Positions 13,464 to 26,378 of a stretch of 56,767 bases of DNA are shown piece by piece (the first letter of the stretch is position 1; every line of letters begins with the position of its first letter). Source of the DNA: Basidiobolus meristosporus CBS 931.73 (lineage: Eukaryota; Fungi; Basidiobolomycota); assembly GCA_002104905.1 (NCBI GenBank), contig MCFE01000574.1:1-56767 (forward strand), written 5' to 3'. The notes below the pieces were generated by a model. That model did not search any database. It saw nothing but the letters and a program-made list of their open reading frames with translations, and was not told the origin of the DNA. Position numbers and translations under genes: made by a program.

Positions 13464-13609
13464 ATTCTACGTGTTTGTAATGTCAAGACCAGGTAAAAGT
13501 ATAAATACTACTTTTACACTCAATAAATCATTAAGTGAAAGCCACATAATCTACTTGTTCTCCATATCACTTCTAATATCTCCAAGAATCTTACAACAAA
13601 TCCAAGATG

Positions 13610-14140
13610 CCTTAATGTGAAGGATAGATTGGTAATTCTATGTTTAAGAGCCCTACTGCTGAGATTGCATGGAATGTATTCCAAGACACCTATCAAGCAA
13701 GTTCTGCTAATGAAATGTTGTATTCAAGAAAAATATTCCTCACAGTATTGATGCTCCAAAGAGAAGCTGTGAAAAGCTTCATTCATAAGGTCACAATGCT
13801 GGTGGATGAGCTGAAATCAGTTAGGGTGGAAGTTACTGCTGAAGATATGATAGCCATACTCCTCAATAGCCTGACAGACAGGTTTTCAAGCCTAGTACAG
13901 ATCCTGAAGTCCAGATTTGTATTGACACTTAATGATGAGAGCAGAAGGCTACTGCATGAAGGATCACAAGTATTACCATCAAATAAGAAAATAAAAGATT
14001 TTGCCTTAATAAGCAAAGTTGGACACCAAAGAAGGTATTCAAAGCATTCAAAGAAAGGAACAACTACACAGATGAGAACTGCAAAAAGAAAGGTCATTTG
14101 TTCAGGAGTGGCTTTTATAGCAACCCTATCAAAAAGCTGA
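13610..14140 (+). pseudogene. Copia gag remnant (second, diverged element)
   Basis: ORF 13640-14140 (TAEIAWNVFQDTY...MLVDELKSVRVEVTAEDMIAILLNSL) aligns with the gag at 8780-9130. Confidence 0.8.
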
Positions 14141-15854
14141 GTGATGATCCAGTCAAAAGGCCATAACATGATCTACATTATGTGAGGGAGGGATTATAAT
14201 CCTGCAGGAAGCTCAAATATATTCTGTAGAACAAATTCCACCCAATTTGTGGTGAAAAACTTGGCTAAATTTTGAGTATCTATTGCCCCTGAAGCACTGA
14301 TTTATTGGCTTTCATTCATTTTGCTCACCTCCAGATTCTGCACTCTCATTAATCCCTCACTATTATGGTATGCTCATTGGCTTATTCCTTGTCAGACTTG
14401 AATTGATTCTTAATATCATCCTGTATAGACTGATACCTAATATTAACCATCATTTCATGCCTTTGCCCAACCTCCTACTGCATTGGTAGCTCCATCAAAA
14501 CCTACCCCTGAAGAGGTGTATCTGGCTCAGTGTCTTTCTTCCAACAACTTGGAGGTGTCTCAATGTCCTTGTGCCTGCTGTTTCTCACTTCTTCCCATAC
14601 ATCCTGGTGTAGTGGCAACTGGCTACCCTTAAGTAGTACTAAGACTATTTCCTCCATTTATTGTTGACAATATTTGTAGACATTTTCTTTAGCATTTCTG
14701 CAAAGAAGTGTTGTGCATCAACATTGAAAACTTAGCCAATTTACACTCTGTGAGAAAATCTAGTACCCTAACTGATATTCCCTAACCCAAACATAACCAA
14801 TCCCTGTTATAGTTTATTTTATCACTTCCCAAAATCTATTTTTAGCTGTCACCTGATCAAATTTCAAGTGGTCATTATGTCCTCAACTGATCTGCTAAGC
14901 CTTTCCAAAGGATTAGTCATCTGAGATCCATCCAACCACTTAGTAGTTGCCAAGACATCAGCTGATTAATGATGCAATTTTTTATTAATCTTATGCATCT
15001 ATCAACACCCCAACAAATTTCAATTAGTCCAGTCTCTTGGGGCTTACTAGTTAAACTTGATCAGAAGAATATAAATAAAGATTACTGAGCCTTTAGGTTA
15101 AGTGTGTGTCTCAACACAGTTAAGATTATGCCTCAGCAAAATTAAGAATTTGACAATTCTGTTCTAGTTTCCACCCAAGCCTAGCATATCTAGCATTCCC
15201 CAGAACACCAAGCCTAGCCTGTATTGCAAACCAACTCTGTTGCCTTTATAGCCCAACTCAACTATTTACAAAACCAGTATTGGACCAGAACCTCTCTGCT
15301 AGTACCTATGTCACCCTTAGCAATTCTTAGACTCTGTGCTTAGTTGTCACCTAGGTTCAGTTGACTCATTCCAGAGTTTTATTACACTTTTCTCTTGGAT
15401 ATATCATCTTTTTTGTTGAATTCCATTACATTCAACTGCTTTACAATATGTCCACAGCAGCAAGCAATCCAAATCTCTCCATGTTAGAAGAAGCCTGCAG
15501 AATTCAGGAAGAACAAACTGAACAGCCTGAAAACATCACGCATCAAAGATACACTTTGATGCTTAAGCATTCAAAGCTTGCCAAGACAAGATCTGACAAT
15601 CATTGTGGAGATAAACTTCTTGAAGTTTTTTCTGGTTACCAAGATGAAATTGAAATTGTCAAAGAAGCACTGGAGAATGTTGCAATTGTAAATGACAGCA
15701 TTGAAAATCCACCAAGCCTTGCTTTGCATCAGCCACCAAGAAGTCATGCCTTTGGATCCTCCAGATCTGCATCTCCCTCCAGACCTGCCCTGGTGGTTGT
15801 CCCACAATCCTTGCCTCTTTATGCTGAAGGAGCTAATGCCATAAAGAATCCTAC

Positions 15855-16037
15855 TGAGTCTCTTTACAAGCTTGGTCATTTCTTAGCTGCACACCAGCTA
15901 GAGCTCAACACCAATTGAGTCTCTTTACAAGCTTGGTCATTTCTTAGCTGCACACCAGCTAGAACCCAACAACAATTGAGTCTCTTTACAAGCTTGGTTA
16001 TTTCTTAGCTGCACACCAGCTAGAACCCAACACCAAT
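15855..16037 (+). repeat. 61-bp tandem triplication inside gypsy gag
   Basis: tgagtctctttacaagcttggt(c/t)atttcttagctgcacaccagctaga... starts at 15855, 15916 and 15977. The corresponding sequence is single-copy in gypsy copy 2. Confidence 0.92.
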
Positions 16038-16750
16038 TGGGCTAGACTTCTGCCTCTCTGTCTCACCATGCAAGGTGCTGACTGGGTTGAAGTGAACATT
16101 CCTTCCAATAGTACATGGAAAGTTGCCCAGAACTGCTTTTGCAGCCATTTTGAAGATCCCCTCAAGAAAGCGCATCTAAGCTGTGACTTATGGAAAACTA
16201 AAATGCAAAAAGGTGAATCTGTGCAACACTTCTGTGATAGATTCCAAAGACAAATGAGATTAGCTGGAGTTAGTGATGATAATCCATTGCTTACTGCTCA
16301 TTTTCTTTCAAACTTTTCACACCAGCTACAGAGCAATATTGCTATTGTCAAAGCATGCAACCCTGCACGTACCTATGACCAGATCTCAGGGATATGTACA
16401 CTGGCAATCACCTTGACTGCAGCTGTTAGCCAGACTTCAGGCAACTCAACCCAAGATCCCACAACAGCCAGAAAAGGGACCAGTCATTTGACCAAGAAAC
16501 AGTAAACCGCTACCAAGCACTGTGAGCTTCATGGAAAATGCTATCATTCTACCAGTAAATGCAAAGGCATCACCAAGCAGTCAAACAAGTCAGGAAACAC
16601 CTCAGAAAAGCAGCAAAACACCAAAACTGATAATCCATATGCTGATGACAAGTGCTTTAAATGTAGAAAGATGGGACATAGATCACATGCCTGCCATGAG
16701 TAGAACTCTGCACCATTGGCAAAGATTACCCAGATCCTACATGAAACTTC

Positions 16751-17100
16751 TGTTGTAATTATTGAATTGTCACCTAAATATTCATGCTAACTTAGTCACA
16801 TAGATCTTATTCTGTGATTAGCATTCTGTCCTGACTAGATTTCTTGTCGGGATTTACTTAGAATATTTTCACCAAATTGTCAGGTACCCAGATTATTATT
16901 TTTCTCAAAGTCGTCCAAAAGACCCCAAACTTTGCACACATATTCTTGGGACCTTCCTTAACAAACTCTACACGTTTGTTTTCTTCTACTTTATCAAAAG
17001 TATAAATACCATACTTTTGATCAATAAATCTACAAGTGAATAACATGTAAATCTTCTAGTTCTCCACATCACTTCCAATACTCCTCAGAATATTGCAACA
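16751..17100 (+). mobile_element. Copia-type solo LTR inserted in gypsy copy 1
   Basis: 350 bp with TGTTGTAA...TTGCAACA termini, similar to the 8179 LTR, and a perfect 5-bp target-site duplication ACTTC (16746-50 and 17101-05). Confidence 0.92.
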
Positions 17101-19916
17101 ACTTCAACCAATGAAATGTCAGGGTATGAGGAAGCATATGAAGAGCTTACAGTTCCAGATTATCACAACCTCTTTGAAATTCTGGCTAAAATTGCAACTT
17201 TTCAAGAAAAAAGCAACCAATTGGGCAGCCAAAAGCTATAGAGGTGCCACTCAAGCCCAATGGCCAATCATATGTAGCATTGCTGAATACTGGATCATCC
17301 CACTCTATTGTATCACCTAATGTAGTCAAAGAACTCAATTTGGAAATAGAAAAGTGACCAGGAAAATTCATATTTGCAGCTAAGGACCTCTCAACCCCAA
17401 AAATTGATATCACCAACTCAATCAGCATTCTTTGTGGTTCAATCACTATAATCCATCAAATGGAAGTTATTGACATTCCAGATGGACCTCAGGTAGTCAT
17501 TGGTCTAAACACCATAACCAAACCTGGCTTTCACATTGGTGGACTACCAGTTTCATAACCTGAAGTCACTAAGTCTCAGTTGCCCATAATAGATCAGATT
17601 CCAGAGATTATCTCTCCCCATCCAGAAGCAGAGGAGTCAACCCCAACTTTTTAAGCATATTCTTAATCAATCAAATTGAATATTCAGCCAGCCATTGAAA
17701 GAAACCAAGCCATCTCCAGCAACAGTTTTGGCACTATTCCAGAATCCATTGTTACACTAGAAGCCCCACCTGGTGAGTCAACCTGGAGGAGCCAATACCC
17801 TATTCCACATTCTAGTCAACACTTGGTTGGTGAAATAGTCCAAAAGTGGGCTGACAATGGAATTATCACTCAAGCTCCTGTCAATACAACATTCAACAGC
17901 CCTTTAATGCTTGCATCTAAGAATGATGCTGATGAAAATCCAATTCTGAAGAGACCCAGTTTGGATCCTGGACCTCTAAACAAACTTCTCCAAGATGATA
18001 AATTTCTAAATCCAAGAATCCAGGGTATCTTTTCCTCACTATCAGGTGCAATAGTATTCTTCAAATTGGACTTGAAGGATGCATATCACCAATTCCAGAT
18101 CCATCCTGATCATCAGCATAAGTCTGCCTTTACTTGGAGTAATATTCAATGGATGTTGCAGGGAGCTCCATTTGGCCTAAAGGCGCTTACCAGCAAGTTC
18201 CAGAGAGTTATGACTATAAGACTCAAGAATGCACCATATGCCTTAGTATTTGTTGATGATGTCATATATTTTCCACAAGCTGTGATGATCATGCAGCTCA
18301 TGTCATTGATGTAATCAATAGACTGACAGCTGCTGAACTGATTCTTAATGCTGAAAAGTGCAGCTTTGCTTGCCTAAAAATCAATCTACTTGGATTCATA
18401 GTCACACCAGATGGCCACCAACGTGACCCTTTCAAACTGGTCAATATTCCTAAATGGCCAAAACCTACAAGCGCTATGCAACTCCAACATTATCTTGGAG
18501 TATTCAACTATTTCAGGGAACACATTCCTCTCATGCCCTCTCTGAGTGCCCCTTTGGATGCGTTACGCCATAGTCCTGATCTTCCCTCAGCCTGGAACAA
18601 TGCTCATGACTAAGCATTTGAGTCACTCTGCCAATTGCTCCCACAAGCACCCCCACCATTCTACCAAGACCTTTGTTGTTGCTACAGATGCATCTAATGT
18701 TGGGTTAGGGGCTGTCCTATTCCAGGATGAGAACCAGAATCCACCTCACTGGATCTCTTTTCAAGCCAGATCCCTACAACCTGCTGAGAGAAACTACTCT
18801 ACCACCAAGAAGGAGCTACTTGCCATAGTCTTTGCCTTGAAAAAGTTTCATCAGTACTTATGGGGTAGCCCTTTTACTTTGTAAACCAACCACCAAGCCC
18901 TTGTCTATATCCATAGTCAAAAGACCCTGACTCCAATGCTTACCAACTGGCTTGATACTCTACTCAATTATGAATATAACATTATTTATTGCCTAGGAAT
19001 CCTCAACATCTGGACTGTCCACCTTTCAAGACTTTTCCCAACTTCACCTTGGGAGGGACATGTGATTACTGATATAATCAGTAAGCTAACTACAACTTCC
19101 AAAATAATCCCACAACTGGATTCAGCAACCTGGAAAATCCCATATGCTTATGAAAGGAAAACATTAATACAGAGGAGTCATTCACTTGGCTACTTTGGAG
19201 CTGACACACTGATGAAGGAGCTACAATCTGATGAATATCACCAGCAGAATATCAAAGCTGACTGCTTAGAATTTGTGAAGTCTTGCAGTGAATGTCAACT
19301 GTACAATATAATATGTGCCAGAATAGCGCCATTGATCACTGTCTGATCACTCCATATCATCCCTAAGCTAATGGACTTGCTGAAAGACATGCTCAGACCT
19401 CAGTGAACATCATCAGTTAATCCATCAAAGGTATCAAGAAGAATTGGGACAAGTACATTTCCACCATACAGTATGCTACCAGCACCAAAATTGTTGCTCT
19501 ACATGGATCATTGCCATTTTCTTTGATGTTTAGGAGAAGATAACCACTTTGGGGACTACCAGAATACAGAGTTAGCAAGTTAGAATACAGACAAGATAAA
19601 GAACCGGCCTGAGCATCTCACCAATATTGTCTACCCTGTTATCAGTACCAGAAGTAAGGCCTTACAGCAAAAGATGACTTCATCCAACGCCTCAAGACAC
19701 AGGAACAGCAGCTTCCCAGATGGGTCATATGTCATGACACTAGACCCAATCCAACAATCTAAACTTGACCCCAAATATGAAGGCCCATTCAAAGTTGTCA
19801 GAAGTACCACTGGAGGATATTATGTACTTCAGGACATTACTGGAGCACTGCTACCCAAGAACTTTCCACCTTCTTCACTCAAGCTTATATCTCAAGACCC
19901 AGTTACTTCTGAATCC

Positions 19917-20063
19917 TATTAAGTTGAAGCTATTGTTGACCATGATGGAGATGAACCAAATTGCCTTTATTCAGTCAGGTGGAAAGGTTATGATGCCAAA
20001 CACAACACCTGGGAACCTTACACCAACTTTGATGATGTTGCCATCATTGATCAGTACTGGAGC
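19917..20063 (+). other. Chromodomain-coding segment of the gypsy integrase
   Basis: Translates as Y*VEAIVDHDGDEPNCLYSVRWKGYDAKHNTWEPYTNFDDVAIIDQYW, with the chromodomain Y..E.I, VRWKGY and TWEP motifs. Confidence 0.88.
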
Positions 20064-23000
20064 TGCAGGGGAACCCAGAAGGTATCAGAAAACTCCTCTC
20101 CTGGAAGGAGGTGATGTTATGCATCAGCATCTAAAACTTAGCCAGTTTCACTCCATTAAAAAATCTTGTACTCTAACTGATTTTCACTAACCCAAACATA
20201 ACTAATCCCTTTTATAGTTTAATTGATTACTTCTCAGAATCTATTTTTAGCTGTCACCTGATCAAATTTCAAGTGGTCATTATGTCCTCAACTGATCTGC
20301 TAAGCCTTTCCAAAAGATTAGTCATCTGAGATCCATCCAACCTCTTAGTAGTTGCCAAGACATCAGCTGATTAATGATGCAATTTTTCATTAATCTTATG
20401 CACCTATCAACACCCCAACAGATTTCAATTAGTCCAGTCTCTTGGTTTTTACTAACTCAAATGGATCAAAAAAATATAAATAAAGATTACTGAGCCTTTT
20501 GGTCTATTGTGTGTCTCAACAAATTAAGAATGTGCCTCAGCAAAATTAAGAATTCCACAATTCCATTGTAGTTTCCACCCAAGCCTAGCATATGTGGCAT
20601 TCCCAAGAACACCAAGCCTAGCCTGTTTAGCAAACCAACTCTGTTGCCTTTATAGCCCAACTCAACTATATAAAAAACCAGTATTAGACCAGAACTTCTC
20701 TGCTAATATTTCTATCACCCTTAACAATTCAAAGATTCTGCGCTTGGTTGTCACTTGGGTTCAGTTAGCTCATTCAGCAGTTTTATTACACTTCTGATAT
20801 AACAAGGAGCCTCTTGAGTGCTTTGTTGTACCCTAACTCCTGACAAAATTCCAATGTGGACATTGCAACAAACCTGTGTCTTAGAAACCATGATGCTTTG
20901 CTGTATGGTAGGATCTCTACCATATATACCACTGGAGAGGCTGTAGTAAACTCATACTCATTCTCCATGGATTCTTCATAGTTTTCTGCCTCTTATAGCT
21001 TTTAATGTTCTTGTGATATTTTTTAAATAGTCCAATGCCAGCCCAAGACCAACTGTTGTGCTTCCAGGCTCCTATGATACTCATCTACTGAGATGTTGGA
21101 TGTAGGTCAGTACTTGACCCTATCACAAAGCTGTTTGAGTTATTTCTTTACATCAATGATACTTATCTCTCTATATTGAATAGGGATTGCTCTACACTCA
21201 GTGTCCACTCATCCTGCCTCACTCTGGCTTCCTGAGTACCTTAGACTATTGCATCTAGCCAATCAGGCTTTCCATTGATGTGCTCTATCACTCCATCATT
21301 ACATCCTGCCAACTGATTCTTAATGACATAGGGCTGTGTCATTTGGAACAGAAAAGTGACATTGTATGTGTATGGTGTGGTTACTGCATCTTCATTTGCT
21401 TCCATATTATGGTTTTCTTGTTCCTGTGCAGACCTCCTCCCTTGTGGACCTCCCTTTGAGCCTGATTGGTGGGTATCAACAATAACACAATGTACATCAT
21501 CAGCATTGCTTATTCTGGTCCTAAAGGTTTTCACTGGACTGAACACCAAAGCATGCTGCTGACCAACTGGATTGTGGCTTGTGCTTGTTATGGCACTTTT
21601 CTGGGGATGTGCAGGCTTTGCAGATTCATTTGGCAGCATTTAAATGGAAATGAGTCAAACCAAATGGAATAGTATGACATTTGATTTGGTTGGAGATGCA
21701 ACAAGTTTATATATACTGCTTACAGTGGCATAAAATAAATACATCTTACTTTTAGAAAGTAGTAATGTCTCATATATGAGACTCTCTAAGACATGCAGGA
21801 TATCCAATAGAAAATGATATATTAGTGCTATAATGCTGATCACTGATTGATTTCCCCTCATGGACAAAGCTGCTCTTATGAAATGGTGCAAACAAGGAGA
21901 AACAGCACCATGCAACTATGTAACAAGCTTCTCAGTCAAGAAGCACAAAAACAGCACAGAATGTACTTCAAAAAATATGGCTGCTGTGTTGGCACACATT
22001 TACCAACTAAAAATTCCACAACAAAAGAACTTTCAATGGCATTTAGGCAGTCACTTGGCAATCTCTCAATGGTACATGACTCCACTCTTGCCTTTTCTGC
22101 AACTAAGTGGAGAGGGTATAATAAGTTATGTAGTCCTCCTCAAAGTCCCAAGGGGGAGTTACCTTGAAGTACTACTGACAAAGAGGACTTACAAATGGAC
22201 TGTAAGCCTATCTTGGAGAGCAAAAATACCCAGCACAAGGCTGGCAAAAACCCAGAATATGAAATGTCAGAAATTTTGATGGATATTCTGCATAGCCAAG
22301 TAAGCCCACTGATCCAGTCACTGCCACAAGAAGAGATGCTTGGCTTGAGAAGTGGTGTATCTCTACCAGTGTTGGTAACAGGAGTTTTGGGAACGTACTG
22401 CTGATACTTGTCAATCTCATACCACAATGTAAGATGCACCTACCTTGTATAGGTGACAAAGAGTAATGCTGCAGGCCACTTATTACCCAGAGCTAGTACT
22501 GATACTATCATGTATCAATAGCTGTATGGCATTCTCACCAATGTTCAGCTTGCAAGAAGACAGCAACTAATGGCAGCAACCATTGATCAAATTAAGAGTA
22601 TATTGCAGTAATACCCTGTCTAAAGATGCTGATGCAATCAAATCAATACCATCATGCTAAACAGTACACCATCAATTTGAGCCAACCAAAGAATTCAAGG
22701 CTATATATGATGGAGAGTGTTACATAGAGCTGAGGAGTAGGAGTACGTGCTTGTTTTAAGGTATTATGGACCATGCTTTGCCCTGGCACTTGTTGAATTC
22801 TCATTGGGCAAGTGCATTGACAGTAAATCTTGCTGACCACTGATTCTCAGCAATTTGAATTTGCCACCAATGTTACAATATCAGAGCAGAAATCTAATGG
22901 TAGTATCACTGATATCTGGTCCAAAATTACCATCCTACTCTCCAGAGAGATACTAGTGAATGGCCATCAAGTTAAAAGCACATATTGTACACTGCATTGG

Positions 23001-23757
23001 GAACACACCAACAATTGTTGACATTGTTGGATTTTCTGGGTGAAATGGATGGTATTACTGTCAAATTTGTCAGACACAGGGGATGTACTCCACCATATTT
23101 ACACACTATGGCATAAGGCACCTTTGGGTTGGTGTTGGAGTAATTTTTGAGGAATGAAAGTCACTAGTTGATCAAATCTTGACTTAAACTAAGTAGCAAC
23201 TAGTTGCTAATTAAATCAGAGAAGTCAACAAGCTCATATTCTGTTTTAAGACAAATATGAGTCTAAATTGGTTCCAGTTCCTCAGTAGCTTGAGAGCTGA
23301 GTTATATTCACACAACTTGTGAGCATACTCATCATCAAAGTCAATTGGTTCTTAGTAAATATTCTATTCAAATGTATAAAGTTTTGACAAAAATTATTTG
23401 CTACAACCCAAGTATCCCATAACTACAGAATAATATGTTGGTGATGATCCAAAGATTTGGATTGCTACATTAAGGAGATTTGAAGGAATATAAATAACGC
23501 TTCTGTCCAGAGAGTTGCAGAAATGTTTCCTGTGGGATACCATCATAGAGCAAGAATTCCTCATGTATTAACCTGTATTACCAGCTTGGCCATAATGCTC
23601 AACAAATGTGATCAAGTATTGCAGGAGAGCAAGCTGGTGTGCTGTTTTGCAAACAGATTGTGTGTATTTCTTCATTAACCAGAAAGTACAAGTTGAGACA
23701 ATCTTAGAGTTCTTTATTTTGAAGTATCACTACAACTCATAAAATTTCTGGTTTTAT

Positions 23758-23806
23758 CTAATTTTCACTACTGGAAGTTGTATTTGTTACTACTGGTGAA
23801 AATCAT
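23758..23806 (-). pseudogene. Family copy with the head deleted (ATG and terminal codons only)
   Basis: The minus strand reads tattaactATGATTTTCACC joined directly to AGTAGTAACAAATACAACTTCCAGTAGTGAAAATTAG. The upstream and downstream flanks match those of the intact copies. About 840 bp of the 891-bp CDS are missing. Confidence 0.85.
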
Positions 23807-25254
23807 AGTTAATAGTAGAGATTCCTGGGCATTTCATTTATAAACTAGATGCAACACCGCATCAGGACAATCTTTTGGCCTTTGAAATCGTTTCAGATAA
23901 CCCTGTGACCGCTGGTGATCGACTAAATTTCTGGCTAATGAGAATATCCCAATAGCTGAAATGTTGGTCTTGGAAAGCTAACCCTACTTTCTGTACAATA
24001 TATGGCGCTTCTTGAGTCCACTAGATTGTTGATTTGGAGAACCAACCATTCGATCAACCTGCTTCTCCATAGGCTTGGTGCTATTGGCAGACTATGTTTG
24101 TAAACCTTGAGATCTTATTGATCTGGATATATTTACTGCGACGCTTACTTAGATTGTATACTTGAAGAAGTTAATTAAGCCTCACTAATAAGTTCAGCCT
24201 ATCTTTGCTGAAGGAAGCGGAGGGTCTCCAATTTTTTCAACAGGCAGTTTTATCTAGAAGATTAGTCTCCATGAGGCACCTATAGCAAGCTCTGGTGGTT
24301 ACAGGATAATCGTCGCCATTGAAGAAGTTTCTAAATTGATTTTGCTCAGAACTTACCAGAACATGTTTTTTCCGTAAGCCACGTCCCTGCTGTTAAGAAT
24401 CTAGGTCGACTAAGCTTCATCATATGAAAATAATGATATTCCCAATACTATTCATCGAATATCTATATGGATAAAGCTACATTGCGTGTGGTATTGATAC
24501 TGTTGGCAAAACATGGGACAAAGCCGTTACTGGTGACCAGAACATACTAATAAGATTTAACAAGTGTGACAAATGTCAGTATAAATCGGGAAACACATCA
24601 AGCAACTAAGAATACACTACACATATTTGATTCTTATATTTTTGTGATTGTGATGATGCTATGCAAATATTGCTTATCTACTGCCATTAAACATACTTGT
24701 ATTGATATTGAATGTTGCTTTATCCTTGTGGCGAATGTTATTATATCTCAATTTCCAGGCCTGCAAGCACCCAAATGGCTGGAACATTGTATTCTAGCTG
24801 GATGATTTGGAACTGTTTAGATTATATTGTAATAGACAAACCATAACATTGGTCGTCCTTCCCAGGATAATGGGATATTCGAATACCTCGATGAATGTGA
24901 GTAGTATCGCGATACTGCATTGTTGTCGTCCTTTGCTTGTTTGACAGATTAGTTTCCACGCATATGGGTAGGCCTCATTCCAGGACAAGTATAAGATCCC
25001 ATATTCTATGCCGCATTGTTTTCTTGACTTGCTACAACTCTTCATTTGCTGTAATAGATGATTCCAGCACCACAATCAAGGTGGCATCTTCTCGCTTGTA
25101 TACAATTTGTAAATATCCATAATTACGCGCATTCCTCTATACAATACATTGGTTTGTCTTTCCTCAACGAACAGTTGGACCTGTATAAGTTCTGAGACAA
25201 GATGCTGCTCTACTCTGGCAACGCATCTATATCCTGGTCGTTATTGTACCCTCT

Positions 25255-25487
25255 TTATCTGTGACCGTTATTATTAATATCAAAATTGGAGTCGACGTCG
25301 ATGTAATCGAATTTAATGCTGTTATGATTCTAGGAATCATCATTGGCGGTTCCGTTATAAAACCTTTCGGACCACTGATAGTTTCTTACACAGTAATGAT
25401 GGAATCAATGTTGAGGTAGGAACATTTCTTATTTCTAGAATACTTTATTTTGGAGTATCACTACTACTGATATGATTTCTGGTATTT
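25255..25487 (-). pseudogene. Decayed stalk-coding relic downstream of the head-only stop (also after copies 3-6)
   Basis: GTTCCTACCTCAACATTGATTCC matches the repeat sequence GTTCCAAATCCGAATACCTCAACATTGATTCC. ACTCCAATTTTGATATTAATAATAACGGTCACAGATAAAGAGGGTACAATAACG matches the long gene's ACTCCAATTGTGACATCAATAATAACCCTAACTGATGAAGAGAGTACCATAACG. Confidence 0.8.
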
Positions 25488-26378
25488 TTAGTTTACACTA
25501 CTGGAAGTGGTATTCGCTACCAGCATGTTGCAAGCATTCGAAGTTGTATATCCCGAGTGGCCGCAGACTTTGTTGCTAGGACAACACGACAGATGAGGAT
25601 TAAGATAGTCACCAGTTGGGCAAACAAAGGTGTATGGACTGTCTTCGGATTCGCAGTAGTATCCACCGTAATTGCTATTACAAGCGTTCAAAGCGTTTTG
25701 GTACACGCTTTCGGGAAAGTCCCCACACCCTTCTCTAACATCCTCTTTTTTTACGTTGCACCCATTGCTTGTTAGTGAGATGCCCACATGGCCGCATACA
25801 TCTCCACTGTCACAACATTCGGTGTCAACGCTTGAAGTTGCGGAATTGCAAACTAATTTGAAGGGGCTATATGCCGAAGGGCAGTAGACACCACCACTGC
25901 CAATAGCGTTGCAGATGCTTACAGCGCTCTGAAACTCCTCTTGCGAAGGTTTTGCTGAGCAATCTTTCTTGCTGGATCCTGAACTTGAGGTCGGCTCCCA
26001 GTATTGTTGGCATAGCTCAGGTATGTTATCAACATTTACGCCTGGATTGCCATTCATATCACACGGAGTGGAATCCCAAAGTCCCACTTCCAAGTTGGTG
26101 TATGTATTTGGGGGGCAACATGTCAGTTGGGCCGGACTTGCTCCATCACATTCGTAATAGTAGACGCCGTTTGTTTCAGGCACCCAGAAGTTGGTAGCGC
26201 CGGCATTGAGATAGCTGTTGCGACATTTCTCATTGGCAACTTCTTGGGATGTTGCCATCGAGAAAAATGCAGCTCTGTCACCGTTGAATGTAGGGTGCGC
26301 ATTTGCGAGTAGTTCACTGCTGGTTGTAAGTGCTAGCACAAGTGCCGACAATCTCATAAAAGAATCGGTGAACATCAT
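25488..26378 (-). CDS. Secreted Cys-rich protein, 296 aa (head-only copy 2)
   Basis: Intact ORF with a hydrophobic N-terminus (RLSALVLALTTS...ANA), 22 Cys and two aligned 8-Cys modules. Confidence 0.92.
   Translation of the reverse strand: MMFTDSFMRLSALVLALTTSSELLANAHPTFNGDRAAFFSMATSQEVANEKCRNSYLNAGATNFWVPETNGVYYYECDGASPAQLTCCPPNTYTNLEVGLWDSTPCDMNGNPGVNVDNIPELCQQYWEPTSSSGSSKKDCSAKPSQEEFQSAVSICNAIGSGGVYCPSAYSPFKLVCNSATSSVDTECCDSGDVCGHVGISLTSNGCNVKKEDVREGCGDFPESVYQNALNACNSNYGGYYCESEDSPYTFVCPTGDYLNPHLSCCPSNKVCGHSGYTTSNACNMLVANTTSSSVN

Larger units (their letters stand above)
8179..13598 (+). mobile_element. Full-length but inactivated Ty1/copia LTR retrotransposon
   Basis: 5' LTR 8179-8527, PBS-like gtttatgagccc, gag (KLDGSNYQVW; CNYCKRKGHTSGWC knuckle), protease (WYIDSGASQH), integrase (LIHSDLCGP, IRSDNGGEY), RT (HQMDVKTAFLNG, GLKQSPRAW), RNase H (ALSTTEAEY, IADIFTKPL), PPT gagtgggag 12503-12511 and 3' LTR 12512-13598. 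It carries many stops and frameshifts. Confidence 0.95.
14709..20804 (+). mobile_element. Degenerate full-length Ty3/gypsy chromovirus (copy 1)
   Basis: LTRs at 14709-15406 and 20115-20804 (TGTT...), flanks agaag/aggag as a near target-site duplication, gag-PR-RT (LVFVDD)-RNase H (VATDASNVGLG)-integrase remnants, a C-terminal chromodomain and a purine tract before the 3' LTR. Homologous to 48031-52583. Confidence 0.93.

Noticed and set aside
8174-13603. aatac/aatcc as the copia target-site duplication
   Set aside because: It is a 4/5 match, but the left flank is minus-strand RT and the right flank is plus-strand gag, so the flanks are not one continuous target. Left unresolved.
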